The notes beneath the pieces were generated by a model. It saw only the letters and a list, made by a program, of their open reading frames with translations. It ran no database searches and had not been told where the DNA came from. From NCBI RefSeq assembly GCF_001194135.2, contig NC_068981.1, positions 173,978,843 to 174,037,375 on the forward strand: DNA of 58,533 bases, read 5' to 3'. The position numbers were made by a program, and so were the translations under genes. Position 1 is the first letter of the stretch. Each line of letters begins with the position of its first letter. Positions 24,526 through 36,019 of this stretch are shown here, piece after piece. The stretch is from Octopus bimaculoides (Eukaryota).

Positions 24526-24606
24526 ACATACATATGTAATTGTTTTAACATATTATCTGTTTCACATATTCTCATTTCATACTTTTATCTTTTCTATCCT
24601 TTGCAG

Positions 24607-24698
24607 TTGAATCTCTTCAGGAACTTTTGAATGACATCAACACTATAGCAAAGTCGGTATATGAAGAGGATTCCTCTGATGAATTATCTTCAAACTAA
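24607..24698 (+). CDS. CCHCR1: CCHCR1 terminal coding exon: (V)ESLQELLNDINTIAKSVYEEDSSDELSSN*
   Basis: Long polypyrimidine tract plus ttgcAG acceptor; phase 1 fits the previous exon; TAA at 24696-24698. Resembles recalled human GSLSVLLDDLQDLSEAISKEE near the C-terminus. Confidence 0.85.
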
Positions 24699-25261
24699 AT
24701 TTCTTTTACATATACAGACTGAAAAAGAAACAAAAAATCCTTGTTTAAACTGAAGAAACAATTAGAATTTCTTTGATGGCATCCCCCAAATACTCTAGTT
24801 AATATTNNNNNNNNNNNNNNNNNNNNNNNNNNNNNNNNNNNNNNNNNNNNNNNNNNNNNNNNNNNNNNNNNNNNNNNNNNNNNNNNNNNNNNNNNNNNNN
24901 NNNNNNNNNNNNNNNNNNNNNNNNNNNNNNNNNNNNNNNNNNNNNNNNNNNNNNNNNNNNNNNNNNNNNNNNNNNNNNNNNNNNNNNNNNNNNNNNNNNN
25001 NNNNNNNNNNNNNNNNNNNNNNNNNNNNNNNNNNNNNNNNNNNNNNNNNNNNNNNNNNNNNNNNNNNNNNNNNNNNNNNNNNNNNNNNNNNNNNNNNNNN
25101 NNNNNNNNNNNNNNNNNNNNNNNNNNNNNNNNNNNNNNNNNNNNNNNNNNNNNNNNNNNNNNNNNNNNNNNNNNNNNNNNNNNNNNNNNNNNNNNNNNNN
25201 NNNNNNNNNNNNNNNNNNNNNNNNNNNNNNNNNNNNNNNNNNNNNNNNNNNNNNNNNNNNN

Positions 25262-25299
<38 letters not shown>

Positions 25300-25310
<11 letters not shown>

Positions 25311-26101
25311 CTGTCCGTATGTTTTCATTGTTGTCCATTACGTTCTTGTTCCGTTTTTGGGATTATATATACATATAGTGGTGTATGTACACCTTTTGGT
25401 CAGCTTGAAAGTAAGTTTATATCTAAATTCTGTATGACTTTGTTCTTTCTTTCCTCTTTTCTTTTTCTCTCTCCCCCTCTCTCACATTCTTGGTATTCTC
25501 TTTCTTTCATCTCTCTACTTTCCTCTGTTATCTACCTTGTACCTTCCCCCCTCTCTCTCTGCAGTTCCTTCCCTAATTCTTCTATCCCTTTGCTCCCTAC
25601 CTCTCCCTATTCCTCCCACGTGACCAGTGTTCAGCCAAGCATGATCTTTCTTTTTTGGCCTCACCACCGCTTGCACAACACCTTCTTTTCTTGTCTCCTG
25701 ACTTTCATCTATGTTTGTTGCCGTAAGGCTTCCACTTCATACGCCAGCTTAAATTAACTTGTCCTTTTAGTCACAAGACACCTGTTATTATTCTTGTTGT
25801 TTGTATTCGTAAATCATGTAACATTTTCTCCGTTTTCTCGTTTTTTTTTTTTTTTTTTTTTTGTCTGAGTTGTCGCACATAATCACCCTACTTTCTTCCA
25901 AAAATTTAATGCCCTTAACTTAGATTTTTGGGGCCTACCAATTTTCAACAATCTCAAGTGTAACAGGCTGAAACTGTAGTGATAATTGGAAGTTTGACGG
26001 ATGAATAGAAAGCCACGGATGTTCTGCCCTGGTTTTCCTGTCTGTCTTTGTATTGTCCATCTGTCTGTATGCTTCATTATCGTCCGTCACATTCTTGTTC
26101 T

Positions 26102-26110
<9 letters not shown>
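25300..26110. mobile_element. Unclassified repeat remnant bounded by ~50-bp direct repeats (possibly Penelope-like)
   Basis: atctgtccgtatgttttcattgttgtccattacgttcttgttccgttt (~25308) recurs as atctgtctgtatgcttcattatcgtccgtcacattcttgttctgttt (~26059); (TA)n on both sides. The class assignment is a guess. Confidence 0.3.
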
Positions 26111-26137
<27 letters not shown>

Positions 26138-26894
26138 AATTTTAATCTTGACATTGTCTTAATGCCGTACATGTTCACAGAGGGAAATATATCCTGAGCC
26201 CATTTCATTTAAATCCATCTTGAATGCAGATATCTTTATGGAACTGCATAAGAAATTCTGCCTTTTCTAGAATCAATTAGGATGTTAGATCAAAATATGT
26301 AGGGCATACCCCCACTTACTCCTCTCCCATACGCATTTTCACTTATGTACATGTTTGTATATACCTTCTATTTTTAAATAAAATACTTTAAATTTTTGTA
26401 AAAAAGGGCCAAAAAGGGGAATTAAATGATTATGATATATATGTGTGTGTATCTTTATGCCTGTATTTGTCCTCTGCTACAGCTTGACAACCGGTATTGG
26501 TTTGTTTATCTCCCTGAAATCTAACAGCTCAACAAAAGAGACTGATAGAATAAGTACCAGACTTTAAAAAAAAAAAAGGAGTATGAGGGTTGATTTGTGC
26601 CCTAGCATGGTTGCTGTCCAATGACTGAAATAAGTAAAAGAAAGGTAAACAATTACAAATGTAAATTTAGATTCAAGGAAGAAAACTTGTAAATTCTAAA
26701 TCAACTGTTGATAGATGTTTCTTTTGGTGATTTTGGATACTGGGGTACTCAAAGCAGTACCCCTGCATGGCCACAGTCTAATGACTGACACAAGTAATGG
26801 ATAGACCAGGAATAGACGGATGGTAAAAAAAAAAATCACATGATTCCAGGTTTGATCCAGTGGTGTGGTATGATGAACAAGTATTTTTTAACCA

Positions 26895-27270
26895 TAGGCA
26901 TAAGCATGACTGTGTGGTAAGAAGCTTGCTTCCCAACCACATGCTCCTGGGTTCAGTCCCACTGCATGGCACTCGTCTACTATAACCTTGGGCCAACCAA
27001 AGCCTTGTGAGTGAATTTGGCTGACAGAAACTAAATGAAGCCTGTTGTGTATATATATTCATATGTATGTGTCCCACCACCACTTTATAACTGGTGTTGG
27101 TGTGTTAAATGTCCCTGCAACTTAGCGGTTCTCCAAAAGAGACCGATACAATAAATACCAGGCTTAAAAAAACAGCACTGGGGTCGATTCATGTGACTAA
27201 AACTTCAAGGTGGTGCCCCAGCATGGCCGCAGTCTAATGACTGAAACAAGTAAAAGATAAAAGATAAAAA
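26895..27270 (+). mobile_element. Family A SINE (plus a 3'-half copy at 26440-26645)
   Basis: Family A head and tail ccagcatggccgcagtctaatgactgaaacaagtaaaagataaaag. Confidence 0.8.
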
Positions 27271-27309
27271 ATTACTTAATATCAGCCTAAGTTTTCTGAG
27301 TGAAATTAA

Positions 27310-28545
27310 TGTTGGAAACTGTGCAGAAGCTTGTCTGGTTGTATTTGTATTTCGAATTCCTGAAATGTGAATTGAGTTCCATTGTCACATGATCTGCTCA
27401 GGTATCCCTTGCTCTGTTAGCAGTCCTTGAGCCACTGAAGTTATTGTTTTGGCTTTCAGGTCTTTCACTTTTTTCGCAAATGAGAATTTAGAGTAGTAGC
27501 AGACCACAATCAAATACCATTCTTGATTCTCTGTCAACAGATCTGCTCCAGTAGCTTGCCATGGCCTTCTTGATATGTCGCTGGATATCATTTCCTCCTT
27601 TTGCTGTGAGTTTCTGTACTTTTGACAGGTATGGCATGTAGAAACTATCTTTTCTATTTCTTTGTACATGCCTACCCAGTACACAGCTGATTTGGATTGG
27701 AGTTTGCATTTCTCCATTTCCAGATGCCCTTGGTGGATCATGCGTCAAGGATCTCTTTTTGCAGTCAGGACTACATCACTTGGTGTGAGGATTCCTTCTT
27801 TGACCTTATCGTTTTGCGTCATCTTTCGTAGAAGTTGACAGGCAAGATGTCGCTATGGGAACATCTTTTTGTAGAAGTTGACAGGCAAGATATCGCTATG
27901 GGCTCCAGTGTCCATCTTAAGCTTTAGCTCAATGTTTGTTCGTTTCTTGCTTGACTTCTTTCGGATTTGTATTGTGTATGCCTCATTTTTTTTTTCTGGT
28001 TGTCAATCCCCATCTCATGTATATTTATTGTGCCGACTGCCAAGGATTCTTCCTCTGAAGTGTTTTATTCCTGTTGGGCATGTACATCTCTTTGTCTTTT
28101 CTTTCCGCTCCTCTTTGAAAGTTGAGGCTCGTATTTGTGAGATTTTGTTAATCTACACATTTCTTTCCAGCGGTTGGGCTTTCCACATGCTTTGCAGTGT
28201 GTACCAAATGCAGGACATTTTCTCCGGTCATTGAACTCATGCCCATTGAATATGTCTAAATCTTTCTCTCCTGTTCATAAAAGGATGTAGTTTACTTTTT
28301 CGTCGGCAGTTGTACCTTTCAGGAAGCTTTTGAAAGCCAATAGCCTTTTCTGTTTGAATTTCTTGAACGCTTTCACGACATCATCAGCGTCCCAGTTGTG
28401 TTCCTGTTTTATTGTAATGGTACGGTTTTCGATTAAGTACTCCTCGCTACCACCATGTTATAGCTTCTTTGTGTTGGGACAATGAAACAGTTCATTGGAG
28501 GTGTAAATATGATTTGACCATGTTTATTTACTTAGCATGTTTATA
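27310..28545 (-). mobile_element. Multiply deleted Ty3/Gypsy LTR retrotransposon (gag and integrase remnants, PBS-like site, partial 5' LTR)
   Basis: Gag-like HNWDADDVVKAFKKFKQ...EKVNYILL*TGEKDLDIFN fused to the knuckle CPAFGTHCKACGKPNRWKEMC. Integrase zinc-binding region IHQGHLEMEKCK...VYWVGMYKEIEKIVSTCHTCQ...PWQATGADL...YLIVVCYYSKF (27385-27741). PBS-like TGGTGGTAGCGAG (28443-28455) follows an ...ACA LTR end. Confidence 0.85.
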
Positions 28546-28550
28546 TATGT

Positions 28551-28700
28551 ATACGAGGTCTGCTCAATAAGTACCCAGACTGTTGCCATAATAACAAAGC
28601 TAAAGCACACAGAGTGAAGCTGCTTGGCACAGATTGACCGTGAACTCTGCTGTGCATGCGCACTAAAGCAGTGCTTGAAAGGCTTTTAGCAGTATTAGAA
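28551..28700 (+). mobile_element. Mariner-like terminus truncating the Gypsy LTR
   Basis: ta|cgaggtctgctcaataagtacccagact resembles mariner TIR starts; no partner TIR found. Confidence 0.45.
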
Positions 28701-30532
28701 GGGTTATTCTTGCTTCGTTTACAAAAGTAATGGCATACATGCATGCAGGGCTACGTAAAGGGGGCACGACCAGTAATGTGTCGGGCACTCAGAGAGCCAA
28801 GGAATGGCTCGTTTGTATCTGACAGGCGCCCTCCTTAAAAGAAATCCTTCATATCTTTCTTGAGAGGTTTCTGCTTCTCGAAGACTTGAAAGTAATCTTG
28901 TTCTGCCGTGCACAACTTCCCTCGGATTCCCTTCATGCATGCATGCATACATACATATATACATACAACCTCTACTACTAAGAGCATGGCTGCATGTCAA
29001 TATAAATAGTCAATAGTGTGGCGAGTTGGCAGAGTCTTTACCACGCCGGGTAAAATGCTTGGCGGCATTTCGTCCGTCTTTACGTTCTGGGTTCAAACCA
29101 TTAAGTTACGGAGACGTTACTTTAAATATGGTGCTGGACACATTTTAAAGATGTGAGTTGGTAACAGCTGCCTTTTATTAAGTATAGTATAAATGCTCAT
29201 TGTAAACACGGGAAACGACTGTAACGGTTTTGTATGTTGTTTAGAAACGTCGTGTGTTCGATTCGAGTGTAGGACAAAACTCCCCCTAGGACAAAACCCC
29301 CTCGGTTATATTTTTCGTTTTTTCCCCTTTTACTTGTTTTCAGTCATTAGACTGTGACCATGCCGTTGTGCTGCCTTGAAGAATTTTTAGTTGAACTTAT
29401 CGACCCCAGAATTTTTTTTTCCTTTTTACTTGTAGCAGTTATTAGACTGCGGCCATGCTAGGGCACCACCTTGAAGAATTTTTAGACGACTGTATGGAAC
29501 CCATAATTTTTTTTTTTAGGCCTAGTCAAAACCACCTGTGATATATTTCGTTTTTTCCTTTAAATCATTAGACTACGGTTGTGTTGGGGTGCCGCCTTGA
29601 AGAATTTTTAGTCGAATGTATCGACCCCAGAATTTTTTTAGGTGATTTTCAACCAGCGCATGAAGTTAAGCCTAGAAGGTCTCTCCACATGCTAGAAATA
29701 ACAGCTAAATCTCTTGAATCTTTTTTTTTTAATAATTTCACGTAAATAAAAACGGAAATCGCGGTTGTGAAACAACCTTTTATTTTCCAATTTTTAAGCA
29801 AACAAAAATATATTCAGTCGAAAATAAATAAAGTAGAATAGAATAAAGATTCTTTACTACTCAAGGTACATAATGTCTGAATTGTAACAAAAAGGAAAGC
29901 ATTTACTTAAAAAAATGTGTAGAAAGATGGAAACGATAAGAAGTACGTTTGAACGACAAATTCTCTTAAACCTTCAACGGCCGGAGAAAGTTCAAAAGGT
30001 CAGCTCTTTCTCATTAATCTATAAATGCAGAGAGAAGAAAACAAAAGACTTTAAATTTAGATTTTAAAATGCTGATTTTTCTGCGACTAAAAATAACCAA
30101 ACAATATAACCAAAGGGATTTTGTCCGCTTTCACACTTTAACTAAGGAGTTTTTTTGTCGCAGGCGGTTTTTGTCTGGATCCCGTTCGATTCATAGTTTC
30201 CAGTCTAAACAAGGCTGTGCAGTTCGTTTCTTTGCGAACTTACCAGCTTGAAACAGATGCAGTGTTTTAGATGCAGTAATGATTGGTATAAATGACAAGA
30301 AATAAATAACGGTTATAATGACCTTTATTTACCATTACAGTATAGAACTGCTTCGAGTTGGTGTTGTATAGAGGTTAGTTGAAGTTCTGTTATCATTCGT
30401 GAAGAATCTTGTGGTCAATTGTAGATTAATGCTATGTAAAGAAGAGAAGAGAAGATAGAGCAGGAGAATTTACCTCTTTAGATTGTCGAGTACAGAGAGT
30501 GAGATATATGTGGTACCTATGTGACAGCCAAG

Positions 30533-30836
30533 TGGAGGCGCAATGGCCCAGTGGTTAGGGCAGCGGACTCGCGGTCATAGGATCGCGTTGTGAGTGTTTA
30601 TTGAGCGAAAACACCTAAAGCTCCACGAGGCTCCGGCAGGGGATGGTGGCGAACCCTGCTGTACTCTTTCTCTCACTCTTACTTCCTGTTTCTGTTGTGC
30701 CTGTAATTCAAAGGGTCAGCCTTGTCACACTGTGTCACGCTGAATATCCCCAAGAACTACGTTAAGGGTACACGTGTCTGTGGAGTGCTCAGCCACTTGC
30801 ACGTTAATTTCACGAGCAGGCTGTTCCGTTGATCGG
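30533..30836 (+). mobile_element. tRNA-derived SINE (family O), B-box region deleted
   Basis: ggaggcgcaatggcccagtggttagggcagcggactcgcggtcataggatcgcg head, identical to those at 33001 and 57311; tail with gtcagccttgtcacactgtgtcacgctgaat. Confidence 0.85.
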
Positions 30837-33000
30837 NNNNNNNNNNNNNNNNNNNNNNNNNNNNNNNNNNNNNNNNNNNNNNNNNNNNNNNNNNNNNNNN
30901 NNNNNNNNNNNNNNNNNNNNNNNNNNNNNNNNNNNNNNNNNNNNNNNNNNNNNNNNNNNNNNNNNNNNNNNNNNNNNNNNNNNNNNNNNNNNNNNNNNNN
31001 NNNNNNNNNNNNNNNNNNNNNNNNNNNNNNNNNNNNNNNNNNNNNNNNNNNNNNNNNNNNNNNNNNNNNNNNNNNNNNNNNNNNNNNNNNNNNNNNNNNN
31101 NNNNNNNNNNNNNNNNNNNNNNNNNNNNNNNNNNNNNNNNNNNNNNNNNNNNNNNNNNNNNNNNNNNNNNNNNNNNNNNNNNNNNNNNNNNNNNNNNNNN
31201 NNNNNNNNNNNNNNNNNNNNNNNNNNNNNNNNNNNNNNNNNNNNNNNNNNNNNNNNNNNNNNNNNNNNNNNNNNNNNNNNNNNNNNNNNNNNNNNNNNNN
31301 NNNNNNNNNNNNNNNNNNNNNNNNAAACGATTCTGAAACAATTCTATCGGTGATAGGGTTAGGGTTAGGGTAAAACAGCAAATTTAAAAAGAAAAAAGCA
31401 AATAAAACGAAGAAAAAAAAAAGAAAATGAAAAAAGCAAATTTAAAATGAAAAAAACAAATAAAACGAAGCTATGGTTTAATCAGCCAAAGGAGTAAATG
31501 TAAACAACTGAATACTTGTCAGTGATTGGTTGAAATTATCAAAATAAGACAATTTTTTACATGAAATAAATTCGAATACAAAAATATTTTTCTGTTCCAT
31601 AACACAAAATAGATAAGTATACGAAGTTTGAAAGTCTTTCGGTACCAAAAACACTACGAAAAACATTAACGAAAAATGTGGCCCCCGTTTTAAAAAAGAT
31701 CAAAGGTATGTACCTCCAGCAAAGTGCCGAAAGAAAGAAAAAACTATCCTATTTGTTCTGTATTTAATTTCCTAGCTAAAGACGGGCAGGGGGACGAAAG
31801 ATTTTTTTGTCGGTTATCTAGTCTGAACTGCTCTTGACCTGAGAAGTTGAGAGATGACTTGTAAATTTCGAAGTGCATTTTAACGGAACGAAGGAAAAAA
31901 AAATCCAAGAACCAACTTTTCTTTTAAAATGTTAAGCATTGATAAATATGGGATCCGGACAAAAGTTCCCTAGGGCAAAAAACCCTTGGAACAAAGCCCC
32001 CTATTATTTGAAGTGTGAAAGTGAACAATAGCCTCACGGTTATATTTTTCGGTTATTCAAAATCAAGGATTATTTTGTCTGCAAACTTCTTTGACTACGT
32101 TGTATAACAGTATTACTGTCTTTCATGCCGTGATACGATCTACACATCCCACTAAAGTTAGTGCAACATCTTTTTAATTACCAAACAATAAGATTTCCTC
32201 CATTACTTCACATTTATGTCACTAAGGTAAGCAATTTGTCAGGAAACACTACGTGATTATCTGACTTGGTAAAAATATTAACTCGTACCCTACTACTTAT
32301 GAAATAAATGTCTACTGGATAATGTAGCCATGTGGGAAACTATAGTGAAAAAAACCCCTGATAGTCTGGACGACTTACGTCAGCTCGATCAGGGCTAATC
32401 TAGTTCTAACCTTCCCACCGCCCCTATTACTCTCATCGTTACGTGTTGCTATGTAACCGCACAAGAGAGCTTCGTCTACTGAACTATCACACTCTGTGGA
32501 TGGCGATGCCGTGTTTTCAAATGAAAAGAATATGTGTGTGTGTGTGTGTGTGTGAGCGTGAGAGAGAGAGAGAGAGGAGGAGGGAGAGAGAGAGACAGGA
32601 AAAGAAGGAGAGTTCAGGTCACATGATACAATGTGAAGTAAGACGGTTATGTTGAGGAAAATTGGCTTTAAAACATCACACCACGTTACTCATAACAAAG
32701 ATCAGATATTAGATAAATTTCATTGTTGAAATTAGGTAGATAACTTTATAAAGACTTTACAGGTGACTTTGCTGAAAAAAATTTAAAATTGGATTACCTC
32801 ACTGGAAGAAATTTAAAAATAAATAAAAACTAGAAATGACTGTTAAAAAGTGTTAAAAAAAGTGGGAACATCGTAGGTGGCACAAGACAAAAAGAAAAAA
32901 AAATCTGTTCGTACATTTTGTTTCTCTTTGCTGAGGATATTTTAGGAAGTAGTTACGAGAGTGATCTTTTTTTTTTTTTTAAAGTATTCTTTCAACAAAG

Positions 33001-33164
33001 TGGAGGCGCAATGGCCCAGTGGTTAGGGCAGCGGACTCACGATCATAGGATCACGGTTTCGATTCCCAGACCGGGCGTTGTGAGTGTTTATTGAGCGAAA
33101 ACACCTAAAGCTCCACGATGCTCCGGCAGGGGATGGTGGCGAACCCTGCTGTACTCTTTCACCA
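33001..33164 (+). mobile_element. Family O SINE head and middle, truncated
   Basis: A box tggcccagtgg, B box ggtttcgattccc; same middle module as 30533 and 57311. Confidence 0.85.
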
Positions 33165-36019
33165 TTGGTTGCCTTGTTAATCCATAAATAAAGAATAGGA
33201 TCTATTTTAAAACGGGGGCGCCAGTNNNNNNNNNNNNNNNNNNNNNNNNNNNNNNNNNNNNNNNNNNNNNNNNNNNNNNNNNNNNNNNNNNNNNNNNNNN
33301 NNNNNNNNNNNNNNNNNNNNNNNNNNNNNNNNNNNNNNNNNNNNNNNNNNNNNNNNNNNNNNNNNNNNNNNNNNNNNNNNNNNNNNNNNNNNNNNNNNNN
33401 NNNNNNNNNNNNNNNNNNNNNNNNNNNNNNNNNNNNNNNNNNNNNNNNNNNNNNNNNNNNNNNNNNNNNNNNNNNNNNNNNNNNNNNNNNNNNNNNNNNN
33501 NNNNNNNNNNNNNNNNNNNNNNNNNNNNNNNNNNNNNNNNNNNNNNNNNNNNNNNNNNNNNNNNNNNNNNNNNNNNNNNNNNNNNNNNNNNNNNNNNNNN
33601 NNNNNNNNNNNNNNNNNNNNNNNNNNNNNNNNNNNNNNNNNNNNNNNNNNNNNNNNNNNNNNNNNNNNNNNNNNNNNNNNNNNNNNNNNNNNNNNNNNNN
33701 NNNNNNNNNNNNNNNNNNNNNNNNNNNNNNNNNNNNNNNNNNNNNNNNNNNNNNNNNNNNNNNNNNNNNNNNNNNNNNNNNNNNNNNNNNNNNNNNNNNN
33801 NNNNNNNNNNNNNNNNNNNNNNNNNNNNNNNNNNNNNNNNNNNNNNNNNNNNNNNNNNNNNNNNNNNNNNNNNNATATATATATATATATATATATATAA
33901 TGTAACATATGGTATAATTATAGACAGGGCAAATTTTAGCCATTTAACCGCAGACTGAAAAAATGATGAACAACCTTAATCGATTTTCGAACCTTATTGG
34001 ATTCCCATCAGAAGCGTCCACAACATTCTGACAGTCTCCAGAGAAACAAGCGGTCAAAGTAACAAATGCAGAAGTTACTCTATGAAGGAGTCCCTAATTT
34101 GCATACCGAAAGTGTTTAACACTCTGTAAATACCAGCGGCCTGTCAACGAGGATCTTAGTCCACACAGTATCAAGGTGTGGTATAATATATATGGAACAT
34201 GTGGTATAATTATGAACAGGGCAAATTTTAGCCATTTCACCGCTGACTGAAAAAATGATGTACAACTTTATAGTTAAAGAAGATTCGGGCAAAGCTTGTC
34301 CACAGTTATTGGCCACTTGATGTCATCATACAGTGGAAACGCACTTGCTTCTGGATGTACACCAGGAATTTCACAGTATCTGCAGAAATTATATAAACAG
34401 ATAAATGAAATGTCCTTCATTACATCTTCTATCATTTATCTATCTATCTATCTATGAATGTATGCAAGTGTGTGCGCGCGCGTATACGTACGCACACACA
34501 CAAACACACACATATATATATATATACACACACATAGGTCTATACAAAAGGTTCAGTCAGGCTAAATTTAACAGTTTGCATAAAAGGAAAAGAAAACATA
34601 ATATCACATTTAAAACCAAATGGCCTTAATTGATTTGTCTTTCCTATGGTGGTGTGTGTAAGAGAAATATTTGTCTGCTATTTCTAACAAATCAAGTTCC
34701 TGTGTTATTGTACTTCATTTAATCCTAGGTCACACATAAAGATATTTTCATTGAATGCTCTTGCAACTGTTAAAAACTAAGCCAGGAAGTAAGAGCAGAG
34801 CCTGTGTGGGTGTTGTGTTTTATTATTTCTTTGTCTTGATGGGAAAAGGTGTCCGTTCAGTCAAAGAAACAAGAACAAACTGAGTCACATGCATTGCACA
34901 AGAGAACGATACAATGACTTTTCAGATTTCTACTCACTAACAGGATTTATTGTGCCCGCACTACAGTTGTTGAAATTTAAGAAATAACAGATGGAATAAG
35001 GATGTTACTTACACCACCAGACCACCACTACCACTACCATCTGTTTTCATTTGTAAGGTTGGGGTTATTAGTCAGGCATGTCATGACTTTGTTAGTATGG
35101 AAAATTGTTTCTCTTGTGCTTTGCTGTTCACAAAAGTATTTGAGTAAAAGTTGTATGTTTTATATGTTTCTGTCTAGAAGTTTCTTGTCCTAAAAGCAGA
35201 TTAGCATATAGAGATTCTAAACTACCCGTTTTGTGGAGGTAGAGTTTGTTTGACGTTTGTTTATAAAATTTTCTTCAAATTCTGTTCTAGATATATGCTA
35301 AAGTGGGGCTGATATAGGTGTGTATATATTCATGTATAATAACTGGAATAAAAGAATATAATTTAAAAAAAAAGGAAAGAGCTCTTTCTGTTTGCTTCCA
35401 TACAAGTATACATTTAAGTGTGTGTATGTAGGTTTGTGCAGTTATATTAGAAAATCTTTTATGAGGATTTTAGTTGGCGATAAGAAGACTTTTAGATAGT
35501 TTCTATAGTATTTATTTAGTGTAAGAGTGTTTTTCTTTTATTTTATATTATGGGATGGTTTATGGTGTAAGTGAATGGAGAGAATTCGGTGAGATATTAA
35601 TAGGCTTAGCCATTAGAGGAGATTATTGGCTTGAATGCAACCATGCTCATCACCTTGTTTACCTTTTGGGGAAGTATTCCTGGCCATGCGAAGCCAACAA
35701 GGCTTGAGGCCGTGACAATGTACCTCCATCACCCTTAAACATTGTACTCTAGAGTTATCACCTTTAGTCAGTAGACTTTTCAATCACTTTCGTTCTATAG
35801 AAATACATATAGGCCTTTGGAAATACGCTATTTCTTAGCCGTCTTTCACAAGCGAGTATGACTTGGAAACATGAAACATGCTTTCACTAGTTGTTTTAGG
35901 AGCCTACATAGTCTCCACTATGACCAAGCGGAATATCGAGGTGTAACGGGGGAAGAGAGAGAAGGATAGAGAGAGTAAAAATGCTTAATTTGTAACGAGT
36001 ATTATATTTTGCTAAATTA

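Noticed and set aside
26377-26382. AATAAA as the CCHCR1 polyadenylation signal
   Set aside because: One of many AATAAA hexamers in AT-rich DNA, and a gap directly follows the stop-proximal UTR; the 3' end cannot be assigned.
31355-31372. TTAGGG telomere-like repeat
   Set aside because: Only about two and a half units inside a dispersed repeat; not evidence of a telomere or fusion.
32320-32400. CSL/Su(H)-like (TGTGGGAA) and CRE-like (TTACGTCA) motifs
   Set aside because: Short motifs expected by chance; no associated transcription start or conservation evidence.
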